Assembly (NCBI GenBank): GCA_964455195.1
Contig: CAYVUY010000003.1
Location: 1-41,513 of the forward strand
Length of the DNA: 41,513 nt
Reading direction: 5' to 3'
Source: an uncultured Candidatus Saccharibacteria bacterium
GTDB taxonomy: Bacteria; Patescibacteriota; Minisyncoccia; Phycocordibacterales; UBA5272
Positions 15,010 to 23,957 of the stretch are shown here, in pieces (the stretch's first letter is position 1; the number at the start of each line of letters is the position of its first letter). The notes under the pieces were generated by a model. That model had not been told where the DNA came from and did no database searches. It saw only the letters and a list, made by a program, of their open reading frames with translations. A program made the position numbers and the translations under genes.

Positions 15010-16993
15010 TCTTTTTAATAATCGAAGCTATTTTTTTCCCGGTCGAAACACTTGTTAATATTTTCCCACTTAAGACTGACCAGCATCCGAATCCGTGATC
15101 AATAAGATCAACCACACGAGAATCATCATGCTCTCTATTGGCTTGCACTGCTCGATGTACAATTCTAGATTCTACAATTACAGCTTCTTTTAATATTGGA
15201 AAATACTTCATACTTTCTCTTACTATAGCTTCTTGATTCGAAACGATTACTTTTCGTTTCTTAATAAGACCGTCAGCAGGAACATATCTATCAAGAATTG
15301 ATTCTGTAACATGATAAAGGGTGAATTCATGTTTATTTCCTGTTGGAATAAGTGTCGCGAATGGCCCATCAATGACAGTAATAGATACTGGATCGATAGG
15401 AAGTTTTATCACTAATACTTCTGTAAGATCAATACGAATAGGGGACTTTTCGAAAAGTGCGCTTGTGGTCGCAAGGTTGAGATTCGCATAGGTTGCATTA
15501 ATAACGAAATCAAATTTTTTCTCCACTTTCTTTTTATTTTTGATATAGAGTACAGATTTAGTATTGTCCTTGTTAAGAACAAGTTTCTGTACTGTAGCAT
15601 CACAAATAAGGGAGATACTTTTCTTCTTTGCAAGTCGTGCCTTCACTATCTTCTTTAGAGTTTCGTAGTGGTATCCAGGTTCATCTACTTGTATACAAAG
15701 TTCCATTTCACTCTTAGTAAGAAGGTGTGATGAAAGGCCTGATTTTGCATAACTGAGATTATGTTTTTCACAAAATGCCAAGAAGTCTTTAGCAGAAAAG
15801 TGTGACCCATGACGAGCTATTCCGTAGTATGTTGGGTATGAACGAATAATTGCTTTTTCATAAACACTTTCGAAGTCTTTTTTAGTGTTCTGAATTTCTA
15901 CAACAGTTTCACTACTTCTAGGGTAGTGATATCCAGCATGATGTCTAAAACAGTTTACATAAGCTCCTTCTTCCATGATGTCTTTATTTTTTTCAAAAAT
16001 AGTCACTTCACAGAATTCACTTAGTTCAGCTGCAGCGCTTGTACCGAAGACTCCACCACCGATAATTGCAACACGAGGTTTCTTATTTGTTTTTGGAATA
16101 GCTTGTTCTCCTATTTCCACCATCTTTCTACCTATTTCTCCTGTTGCTTTAGTATCCTTCTTAGTGGAAAGAGTAGAAATAAAATCTTTCAGCTCTGTAA
16201 GTATTAGATTTTCATCAGCTTTTACAGTGTGCACTTTTAGATTAGGTCCCTTTTTTACAGTGATGACATCCGTCATGTAATTAACCTCTACTGTTTCATT
16301 CTCATATTTAAAAGTAAGTGTTCTAGTTCTAACGTCTCCTACCCAACCTAAATCATAGTGTGCGTCACATAATTTCGCATATCGTACATGTGTGTGAGTG
16401 ATGCGGTCATGTTTTCTTCCTGATACAAGTGCTGCATCTTTATTAAAAATATAATGAACAATATCAAAAAGGTGCATCATCTCAAGTGAAGGCTCTCTTC
16501 CTTTGTCCGTAGAAAGTGGATTCGTGAATACACCGTGTATTTTTTTAGGGGAACCCTTTTTATCTAGGAGAATCTTTAATTTTTCAGTGACGTTGTTATA
16601 ACGGAAGATGTGTCCTACTGCAAGTGTACGTTTGTATTTCTTAGCTAATTTTTCTAATACAAGAGCATCTTTAGATTTTGTGGTTATTGGTTTTTCAACG
16701 AATACATTCGTATACGGTAAACATTTTTTAATAAGAGCAAAATGGGTTTCTGGTGGAGTTACTATATCTACAGCATCAACACTTTTCAAAAGAGCAGGGG
16801 TCAGAGTTCCGTAGGTGATAATTCCAAACTCTTTTTCTAGAGCTTTACCCTTTTTTTCATCCCGCACTACCGCACCCTTAAGTACAATAAGCTTCTTCTT
16901 TTCTAGTGTAAGAAGAACCTGTAAATGATTGCGTCCGAAATATCCTACTCCCACAAGAAGAACACTTGGTGGAGTAGATTTTTTAGGTGCCAT
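14999..16993 (-). CDS. Fusion protein: Gfo/Idh/MocA-type NAD(P) oxidoreductase (N-terminal) + FAD-dependent oxidoreductase, DAO-like (C-terminal)
   Basis: N-terminus VLLVGVGYFGRNH...VFVEKPIT (Gfo/Idh/MocA Rossmann). From about residue 305, RVAIIGGGVFGTSAAAEL...FEKN (FAD GxGxxG beta-alpha-beta). Single uninterrupted 664-aa ORF. Confidence 0.7.
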   Translation of the reverse strand: MAPKKSTPPSVLLVGVGYFGRNHLQVLLTLEKKKLIVLKGAVVRDEKKGKALEKEFGIITYGTLTPALLKSVDAVDIVTPPETHFALIKKCLPYTNVFVEKPITTKSKDALVLEKLAKKYKRTLAVGHIFRYNNVTEKLKILLDKKGSPKKIHGVFTNPLSTDKGREPSLEMMHLFDIVHYIFNKDAALVSGRKHDRITHTHVRYAKLCDAHYDLGWVGDVRTRTLTFKYENETVEVNYMTDVITVKKGPNLKVHTVKADENLILTELKDFISTLSTKKDTKATGEIGRKMVEIGEQAIPKTNKKPRVAIIGGGVFGTSAAAELSEFCEVTIFEKNKDIMEEGAYVNCFRHHAGYHYPRSSETVVEIQNTKKDFESVYEKAIIRSYPTYYGIARHGSHFSAKDFLAFCEKHNLSYAKSGLSSHLLTKSEMELCIQVDEPGYHYETLKKIVKARLAKKKSISLICDATVQKLVLNKDNTKSVLYIKNKKKVEKKFDFVINATYANLNLATTSALFEKSPIRIDLTEVLVIKLPIDPVSITVIDGPFATLIPTGNKHEFTLYHVTESILDRYVPADGLIKKRKVIVSNQEAIVRESMKYFPILKEAVIVESRIVHRAVQANREHDDSRVVDLIDHGFGCWSVLSGKILTSVSTGKKIASIIKKTTE

Positions 16994-17003
16994 AATATAA
17001 AGA

Positions 17004-17032
17004 ATAGTATGCTCTTTTTATACTTGCGTCAA
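17004..17032 (-). promoter_or_regulatory. Sigma70-like promoter of the fused oxidoreductase gene
   Basis: On the minus strand: TTGACG (17032..17027), 17-nt spacer, TACTAT (17009..17004). ATG 10 nt downstream. Confidence 0.5.
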
Positions 17033-17061
17033 TCATCTCGGCACTATGTAATAACAGAAAA

Positions 17062-17087
17062 GCGCGTAGAGGTTTCCCTCTACGCGC
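17062..17087 (-). terminator. Intrinsic terminator after the Nudix gene
   Basis: GCGCGTAGAGG-TTTC-CCTCTACGCGC perfect 11-bp stem. On the minus strand it is followed by TTTTCTGTT. Confidence 0.7.
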
Positions 17088-17106
17088 TTATCCGATGTTT
17101 CTTCGG

Positions 17107-17811
17107 TTACGTCTTGTTGACGTGCAACTTCCAGGCGATGAAGCTCATCCACGCAGAGTTGCTGCGGGAGTCACGATACATCGCGCCCTGGCTATCCACA
17201 CCACATGCAATGCGCTCAATGAGCTCATCGAGCGTGATGTATTCAGCGGAGTGGATTGGCTCCGTCGGATCAGCTTTTAATGCTTCAATCCTTCGCAGAT
17301 CAACTTCGATGAAGACCATATCGGCCCAGGTACCGCAGAAGCTTGGTGCTGGATTTTCCCACGGGTACTCAGGAGTTGAGACCTTGATTACCGTGGTTGC
17401 ACCAGCTTCTTCTTCCACCTCACGCGTACCAGCCATCTGCGGTGTTTCGAAGTTCAGGCTGTTAATCAGCTTGTCGCGAAATCCCATCGGCGTTGCACCG
17501 AATACCACCGGAGGATGATCATCCCCGGGACGGCGAGGGTCATCAGCGTGTGGCCGAGACTGACGGATGATGCCGACACGACAGTTTTTGTCTTGATCGT
17601 AACCATATACCACGCTTACCACATGTGGTGCTTCACGGTACATCGGGCGATCAAATATCGGTTTACCATCAGCCCCTATCACAACTACTTGACGCACTTC
17701 GCCGAATCGCGAAGATATATTCCACTCCCCGGTCATGGGGTGGCCGTTAATACTCAACGACCAGACTGGGAAATACCCAGGGAATTCTGCTACAGGTTTT
17801 GTGGCAGACAT
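17107..17811 (-). CDS. Nudix hydrolase (nucleoside-diphosphate-sugar/ADP-ribose pyrophosphatase-like), G+C-rich
   Basis: Nudix box fits Gx5Ex7REUxEExGU: ...ETPQMAGTREVEEEAGA. GGAGG (complement of 17819..17823) lies 7 nt before the ATG. 33/60 G+C counted at 17401-17460. Confidence 0.85.
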   Translation of the reverse strand: MSATKPVAEFPGYFPVWSLSINGHPMTGEWNISSRFGEVRQVVVIGADGKPIFDRPMYREAPHVVSVVYGYDQDKNCRVGIIRQSRPHADDPRRPGDDHPPVVFGATPMGFRDKLINSLNFETPQMAGTREVEEEAGATTVIKVSTPEYPWENPAPSFCGTWADMVFIEVDLRRIEALKADPTEPIHSAEYITLDELIERIACGVDSQGAMYRDSRSNSAWMSFIAWKLHVNKT

Positions 17812-17919
17812 CTTGAACCCTCCTCTTCATACGTTAAACATCGGATTTTTCAAACGACTACTTTAATACACATATTAACATAATTATGTGTATTTGTCAA
17901 ATTACAATATCTCCAAAAA

Positions 17920-18600
17920 CTATTTATTTGCAAGCTTTATTTCAGCTAATTCAAGGTCTCGAGGATAGCCAATGGTTACCCAGAAGTTGGTGTTTTCAGG
18001 GAATACTTTGTGGTCTTTCATGAACTGATCAAGCATAGTAGTAAAGTAGTACTCACCCTTTACAAGTACTGGCTCATAGTTGAAAATATCTGTATTAATA
18101 ATATACACACCAGGGGCAATGAGATTCGTGTCAGGTTTATCTGGCTTTTCTATCAGTGCAGATACTGAACCATCTTCTCTAAAATGCATTGTTGCGTAGC
18201 GTTCAGGTTCATCACTTTCTGCTGTGAGTATCGCGAATTCATGGTTAAGACAATTGGTGATACTTTCTTTATCGTAAATATCATCAGCGTAGGTAAGTAA
18301 AAATCTTTCTTCGGGCGCTAAGTGATTTTTACACAAGGTAAGTGCGTGTGCTGTGCCAGTTTTTTCTTCTTGTGTTATATAAGTGATAGGCTTTCCTTTA
18401 AAAGAATTTCCAAAAAATTCTTGTATCACTTCTTTTTTGTAACCAACGACAAGAATGTATTCTGAAATTTCATCAGGGAGTGATTCTAGTATGTATTGAA
18501 GTAAAGATTTGCCGTGAACCTTAATCATCGGTTTAGGCATGTTTTCGGTGTGTGGTCGTAAACGCTTACCTTCTCCTGCCGCTAGTATTATTGCTTTCAT
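17920..18600 (-). CDS. Sugar-1-phosphate nucleotidyltransferase (candidate mannose-1-phosphate guanylyltransferase)
   Basis: MKAIILAAGEGKRLRP...PKPMI N-terminal NTP_transferase signature. 226 aa. Sugar specificity is inferred only from the GDP-sugar context. Confidence 0.8.
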   Translation of the reverse strand: MKAIILAAGEGKRLRPHTENMPKPMIKVHGKSLLQYILESLPDEISEYILVVGYKKEVIQEFFGNSFKGKPITYITQEEKTGTAHALTLCKNHLAPEERFLLTYADDIYDKESITNCLNHEFAILTAESDEPERYATMHFREDGSVSALIEKPDKPDTNLIAPGVYIINTDIFNYEPVLVKGEYYFTTMLDQFMKDHKVFPENTNFWVTIGYPRDLELAEIKLANK

Positions 18601-18691
18601 ATAAAGTGTGAGTTTATGTAATAAACCTTTTATCCTTTAAGAATATCACACAATAGTAAAGCTTGTAGATTTGGTTTATACTTTTAGAATT

Positions 18692-19633
18692 ATGACTGTA
18701 ATTAAATTAAATCTTCTCACGGCAAAAAAGGATAGGTATCTCTCTGCATTTACTCGCAAAATATATAAAGCGAAGATGAAGTTTGCTAAGAATAAACGAC
18801 CAAGTAGTTACCCGTACTTAAGCGGTGACTCATTCAGAGCGCTCGCAGATCATATTCATGACGAGACAGGAACGTTTGATCCGAATGCGGTACAGAAAGG
18901 GGATATCGTGTTTGTGAATAATCCACTCACAATTCCTTATTTAAAAACTGTACACCCACACATCAAGCACCCTTATATTCTTATAGAACATAACGGTGAT
19001 AATTCTATTGATAAAGAAGTGATTGATTTGCTTGATGATAAGATTATTCGCTTCTATGCCCAAGACTTGGTATATGGTGGTGATAAAGTAATTCCAATTC
19101 CTATCGGTCTTGAGAATGCACATTTCCACATCAATGGAATTACAAGTTTATTTGATTACTTGCGTAACTATGTAGAGCGTCATCCACCAGTACGCAAAAA
19201 CAGAGCATTTTTCTTCTTCAATGTTGGAACCAATCCAAAAGAGCGTGGTCCAGCTAAGGAGTACTGTCTTAAGCATCCATGTATGGATACAACCACAGGG
19301 ATGCTTTCACCAAAGGTACACCTAAAGACACTGATGACATATAAGTTCGTGGTGTCTCCGCCTGGAAATGCTATTGAGAGTTGTCGTACATGGGAAGCAC
19401 TTTATATTAAAACAATTCCAATCGTGAAGGAATTCGTATCAATGAATTATTTTGCTTCTCTCGGATTGCCTATTTGGATAGTAAAAGATTGGAGTGAGTT
19501 AGACGGATATTCTGAGGCAGATCTTGCTAAGAAATACGATGAACTTATGAGAGATGCAAAATGGGATGCACTCTATATGGATTTTTGGATTAAGAAAATT
19601 AAAGACGATCAAAAAGAAGCTAGAAAAATATAG
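18692..19633 (+). CDS. Putative glycosyltransferase, exostosin/GT47-like (copy 1)
   Basis: C-terminal FVVSPPGNAIESCRTWEALYIKTIPIV resembles the exostosin motif (F-C-L-x-P-x-G...R-x-x-E-A-x..G-C-[IV]-P-V). Paralog of 20651..21547. Start set at ATG 18692, since the track start is a TTG. Confidence 0.55.
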   Translation: MTVIKLNLLTAKKDRYLSAFTRKIYKAKMKFAKNKRPSSYPYLSGDSFRALADHIHDETGTFDPNAVQKGDIVFVNNPLTIPYLKTVHPHIKHPYILIEHNGDNSIDKEVIDLLDDKIIRFYAQDLVYGGDKVIPIPIGLENAHFHINGITSLFDYLRNYVERHPPVRKNRAFFFFNVGTNPKERGPAKEYCLKHPCMDTTTGMLSPKVHLKTLMTYKFVVSPPGNAIESCRTWEALYIKTIPIVKEFVSMNYFASLGLPIWIVKDWSELDGYSEADLAKKYDELMRDAKWDALYMDFWIKKIKDDQKEARKI

Positions 19634-19640
19634 AAGAAAT

Positions 19641-19666
19641 AAAAGCGCCCCGCAAGGGGTGCTTTT
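19641..19666 (+). terminator. Intrinsic terminator
   Basis: AAAAGCGCCCC-GCAA-GGGGTGCTTTT hairpin (GNRA loop) with a T-run. Confidence 0.7.
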
Positions 19667-19765
19667 ATTTCTAGCCTTATATTTACAGAATAGTTTCCGT
19701 TAGGAAAATTTTAGAATATCTTATAAACTGAGATAATTACACTTATTATTTAGTTAAATTCAACA

Positions 19766-20644
19766 ATGTCCTTAAATTTAGAAAAAGCATACTCCATTAT
19801 ACGAAATGTAACCCCACCGTTTTTGTTCAATTTCTTACGAAATGGGCCACTCTATTCTCTTGCTAGAAAGGGAGCAAGAACGGTACTTAAACATAAGTAC
19901 ACAGCATCTTGGAACAAGATAGAAAAAGGACCACTTGCAGGAGTAGAGCTATTCGTAGACCCGCACGGCACATGGCAGAAGGAAATGTTGCAGGGCGAGT
20001 ATGATGATTTCTTTTCTAAATATTTAAACGGAATCGACATGAAGGGTAAAACTGTCTACGACATCGGAGCGCACATAGGATATAGTGCACTTTATTTCGC
20101 ACAGAAAGTTGGACCTACCGGTCACGTTGTAACATTCGAACCGAACCCTTTTAACGTAGAGCGTATTAAAATGATTCTTGCAAAGAATAAAGAACTTGGA
20201 TCAAGAATTGAAGTTGCTGAAGTTGCTGTATCTAATAAGAACGGAGTAGATAACTTTATTTTTAGTTCATACATTGATAATGGTACAAGTAGTGGAAGTT
20301 TTATCGATGGGGCACATACTATATATCCAAAGGATGGTTATATTACACAAGGAGGATTTAAAACCATAGAAGTAAAAACAGTCGCATTAGACACTAGAGC
20401 TGACGCATTTAAACAGAAGAATGATCCAGATATTATCAAGTTAGATATTGAAGGGGCAGAATTCTTAGCTCTTGAAGGAATGCGTGAGACGATTAAGCGC
20501 TCATCACCACTTGTACTGGTCGAAGTACATTCAATCTTTAATATGTATATAGTTGGTAAAATATTTAACGAACTTAACTACAGTATTGATCTTCTTAAAG
20601 AAGAACCAGATGGTAGATGTTTCTTCGCAGCAAAAGCCAAGTAA
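19766..20644 (+). CDS. FkbM-family SAM-dependent methyltransferase (copy 1)
   Basis: VYDIGAHIGYSALYFA...FEPNPFN...VAVSNKNG...IIKLDIEGAEFLALEG...VEVHS: FkbM (Methyltransf_21) pattern. Confidence 0.85.
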   Translation: MSLNLEKAYSIIRNVTPPFLFNFLRNGPLYSLARKGARTVLKHKYTASWNKIEKGPLAGVELFVDPHGTWQKEMLQGEYDDFFSKYLNGIDMKGKTVYDIGAHIGYSALYFAQKVGPTGHVVTFEPNPFNVERIKMILAKNKELGSRIEVAEVAVSNKNGVDNFIFSSYIDNGTSSGSFIDGAHTIYPKDGYITQGGFKTIEVKTVALDTRADAFKQKNDPDIIKLDIEGAEFLALEGMRETIKRSSPLVLVEVHSIFNMYIVGKIFNELNYSIDLLKEEPDGRCFFAAKAK

Positions 20645-20650
20645 CAATCA

Positions 20651-21547
20651 ATGTCTACATTAAAAATAAAAACATTCATATTCAAATATGTAAGCGGATT
20701 AGCGCGACACATATTTTTATTTTTAAAACTCCGACCAGCAAGCCTGCCGTATATCAGCGGGGATGGATTTAGATCTATCGCTCAGCATATTTACGAAGCA
20801 GGAAAAACATTTAATCCTGACGATGTAGCACATGGAGATATTGTCTTTCTAGAAGCTGATAAGGTGCACGATTATTTCAAGCACATTCATCCAAAAATCA
20901 ACGCTAAGTATAAACTTATAAGTCATAATAGTGATCAAGAGATAGGAGAACTAGAAGCATCATACATAGACGGTAAGATTATTCGTTGGTTTGCACAGAA
21001 TACTATTGTAGATCATCCGAAAATTACACCAATACCAATTGGTATTGAGAACATAAAATGGTTTATGAGTGGATTTTGGATATATATATTGGCACCTGGT
21101 TTACAACGCGCTCAAGTGAAGAAGAAGTTTAGAATGCTCTTCGGATTCAGTGTGAAAACCAACCCAAAGGAAAGAACTGAAGCGCTTGAGAATTTACGAT
21201 TATGTAAAAGCGCAGATGAAATAGTACATAGGGTGACACAGGATGATTATGTTAGACTATTAAATCAGTATCATTTCGTTGCGTCTCCGCCAGGTAATGG
21301 AACTGATTGTATTAGGACATGGGAAGCGTTGCTCCTTGGTTCCATACCAGTATGTAAGGAATCAGTACTTATCAATTACTTCGTATCGCTCGGTGTGCCA
21401 ATAGTTACCTTGAAGCATTGGAATGAGATACTTGATTGGAATGAAGAAACATTAGAAACACTACACCTTAAACACAAAGAGGCGCTACACAATAAATATA
21501 TTTTAATGGATGCATGGATAGAATTAATTAGAAATACACATGAATAG
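20651..21547 (+). CDS. Putative glycosyltransferase, exostosin/GT47-like (copy 2)
   Basis: Colinear with 18692..19633: PYISGDGFRS, GDIVFL, HNSDQ, PIPIGIEN, FVASPPGNGTDCIRTWEALLLGSIPV. Confidence 0.55.
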   Translation: MSTLKIKTFIFKYVSGLARHIFLFLKLRPASLPYISGDGFRSIAQHIYEAGKTFNPDDVAHGDIVFLEADKVHDYFKHIHPKINAKYKLISHNSDQEIGELEASYIDGKIIRWFAQNTIVDHPKITPIPIGIENIKWFMSGFWIYILAPGLQRAQVKKKFRMLFGFSVKTNPKERTEALENLRLCKSADEIVHRVTQDDYVRLLNQYHFVASPPGNGTDCIRTWEALLLGSIPVCKESVLINYFVSLGVPIVTLKHWNEILDWNEETLETLHLKHKEALHNKYILMDAWIELIRNTHE

Positions 21548-22406
21548 CTACAAACTTTATAATTTAATAAAAGATTTATTACCACCAGTTATTTTCCGAG
21601 CAATTAAGAAAAGTTCTTTCTATGGAGCAACTGTTCGTAAGGTTAAGAAAGTAACAGGATTAGAATATGTTCCTAAGTGGAACATCATCGAAGGAGGATT
21701 ACTTAAGGGGTATCACTTCTTTTGTGACCCTAAGGGGGATTGGCAAAGTGAAATGCTCCATGGAACATATGACAAATTCCTTTTTGATTATATGACGACA
21801 CTTCCTCTTAAAGGCACGACTATTTTCGATATAGGTACACATGTTGGATATCACTCATTGTATTTCGCAAAGATTGTTGGAGATCAGGGTAAGGTATACG
21901 CTTTTGAACCTAATACGTTTAACATAGAAAGAATTAAACTTAACCTTACCAAAAACACACACGTGAAGAACATTTACCTTAAAGAGGTGGCGGTTTCAAA
22001 TCAGATGGGGGAGGAAGAATTTCTCTTTAGTGAAAATATCGAAGGGGGTACAAGTAGTGGAGGATTCCTTGATACATCAGACCCACTCTGGAGGAAGGAA
22101 GTGTATGTTAACGAAGGTGAGTTCAAGAGAGTGAAAGTTAAAACCGTAACACTTGATTCACTTATAGAAGAGAATCGCGCACAGAAACCATCACTACTTA
22201 AGATAGACGTAGAAGGAGCAGAAAACTTAATCATGAAAGGTGGTATGAAGTTTTTACGTGAATTTAAACCAACTATTCTTATGGAAATCCATTCGATGTT
22301 TAATATGTTTGAAGTGTTAAATGCGCTCCATGAGATAGGATATACTACGAAGCTTCTTAAGAAGGAAAGTGATGGACGATGTTTTATCGTAGCAGAGTTT
22401 AAGTAA
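21540..22406 (+). CDS. FkbM-family SAM-dependent methyltransferase (copy 2)
   Basis: IFDIGTHVGYHSLYFA...FEPNTFN...VAVSNQMG...LLKIDVEGAENLIMKG...MEIHS. Colinear with 19766..20644. Confidence 0.85.
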   Translation: MNSYKLYNLIKDLLPPVIFRAIKKSSFYGATVRKVKKVTGLEYVPKWNIIEGGLLKGYHFFCDPKGDWQSEMLHGTYDKFLFDYMTTLPLKGTTIFDIGTHVGYHSLYFAKIVGDQGKVYAFEPNTFNIERIKLNLTKNTHVKNIYLKEVAVSNQMGEEEFLFSENIEGGTSSGGFLDTSDPLWRKEVYVNEGEFKRVKVKTVTLDSLIEENRAQKPSLLKIDVEGAENLIMKGGMKFLREFKPTILMEIHSMFNMFEVLNALHEIGYTTKLLKKESDGRCFIVAEFK

Positions 22407-22429
22407 GTTTCCTCATCTAATATATCTCT

Positions 22430-23239
22430 ATGAGTATGTTTCCTAAAAATGATGTTTACGAAGAATATAAAAAGAATTACGTAGATTTAACATACTCCAA
22501 CAGAATTCCTGATGTAACCAAAAAAATTACTTTGGAGGGAATTAATACTGCTGTTAATTGTTGTGAGAAGTGGGATACATTCATCGATATTGGAGCAGCT
22601 ACTGGACACTATTCATCAGGGTTGGTGCATAAGTTTAAGAAAGGGTTGCTAGTAGAAGTTGATCCACCGAAAGAGTTATTGCTTTTGGTGGAAAAGTTTA
22701 AGAATCTTTCTTGCGAAACTTCATATATTGAAGATTTAAAAATCACTGAATTTTTTGATTTTGTAATGCTTATTGATATTTTCGAGCACATTGAAGATAT
22801 CATAGCTTTCATTACTCAAGTATCACGACTACAAACTAAAGGTGGAGTAGTTTACATAGTGACTCCTAATCCACTATACTGTGGGCCAGCTATAGAAGGT
22901 GAAATTCACCATAGTAAAAGTAAGAACGGTCACCATAGACACTACTTCCCTCATGAAGTAGATGAAATAATGAGTAAAGAGGGGTATAGATTAATTAGAG
23001 AAGGATTCGAAGAAAGACCACTAAGAGATAAAGGGAGACAGTTCGTGAAAGGTCTTGCGAGACGTGACGTACGATGGAATAAGAATCCACTTTATCAGGT
23101 ATTTAGATTCGTATTTCATTATCCACTAAAAGTATTTTTGTGGGTGATAGAAAAAATAATATATAGCAATGAAACCAGGGCATCGCGTAACAAAGTAGAC
23201 ACAAGAGCGTCAACATTTATTTATAAAAAAATTAATTAA
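22430..23239 (+). CDS. Class I SAM-dependent methyltransferase
   Basis: FIDIGAATGHY (motif I), LLVEVDP, FDFVMLIDIFEHIED. Confidence 0.75.
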   Translation: MSMFPKNDVYEEYKKNYVDLTYSNRIPDVTKKITLEGINTAVNCCEKWDTFIDIGAATGHYSSGLVHKFKKGLLVEVDPPKELLLLVEKFKNLSCETSYIEDLKITEFFDFVMLIDIFEHIEDIIAFITQVSRLQTKGGVVYIVTPNPLYCGPAIEGEIHHSKSKNGHHRHYFPHEVDEIMSKEGYRLIREGFEERPLRDKGRQFVKGLARRDVRWNKNPLYQVFRFVFHYPLKVFLWVIEKIIYSNETRASRNKVDTRASTFIYKKIN

Positions 23240-23245
23240 CATTAT

Positions 23246-23950
23246 ATGAAAAACAAGATTAAATTTATTTTAAGAGGACTTAAAATTACACCACACTTTA
23301 GACAAAAGTTTGTTCAAAATCTCCATTCTCTCACCGCTCTTGAAATGTTTATATACGCGCTCTTTATTAGGCCATTCTGGAGTAAGGAAGATAGATTCTT
23401 TTTTGAAAGTATCGGATTCATGATTTCTGGACAAATGTATGTGGCAGAAAGAAAAGCTCTTTTTAATATTATTAAAGAGAGGAAACCTCGACATTGTTTC
23501 GAGATTGGAACATATACAGGAGGGGGGAGTACATTTTTTACGGCAAAAGCTTTTGAAAGTATAGGTGAAGGTAAATTATTTACACTTGAAAATGATCCAT
23601 ACTTCTACAATAGGGCACAGGATTACTACACCAAGAATTTACCCAAGGTGGCTAAGCATGTTGAGTTCATTTTGGGCGATAAGGCAGAAGATTTTGATTC
23701 CATTATTAAGTCTTATGGGGGAGTTGATTGTGCGTTTTTAGATGGGGCAGAAGATAGTACTCAGACATTAGATCAGTATCATTACTTCTTACCACATTTC
23801 CATAAGGGTAGCATCTTAATGCTTCATGATTGGAATACAGAAAAGACAGCGAAGATTAAACCAGTGTTACAAGATAATAAAAATTGGCGTAAGGTTCTCG
23901 AACTTCACCCTCCGACAAGTGTAGGATTCGCTATTTTCGAAATGGTATAA
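23246..23950 (+). CDS. Class I SAM-dependent methyltransferase (O-methyltransferase family 3 / Methyltransf_24-like)
   Basis: CFEIGTYTGGGSTFF, LFTLENDP, AFLDGAED, ILMLHDW. Confidence 0.65.
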   Translation: MKNKIKFILRGLKITPHFRQKFVQNLHSLTALEMFIYALFIRPFWSKEDRFFFESIGFMISGQMYVAERKALFNIIKERKPRHCFEIGTYTGGGSTFFTAKAFESIGEGKLFTLENDPYFYNRAQDYYTKNLPKVAKHVEFILGDKAEDFDSIIKSYGGVDCAFLDGAEDSTQTLDQYHYFLPHFHKGSILMLHDWNTEKTAKIKPVLQDNKNWRKVLELHPPTSVGFAIFEMV

Positions 23951-23957
23951 TTGGTTC

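Noticed and set aside
16925-17883. Two long plus-strand ORFs (16925..17518 and 17515..17883) opposite the Nudix gene
   Set aside because: They are shadow ORFs, as typically generated on the antisense strand of a G+C-rich gene. They have no motifs. They cross the terminator hairpin and the promoter of the neighbouring gene. The minus-strand ORF has a Nudix box and a GGAGG SD.
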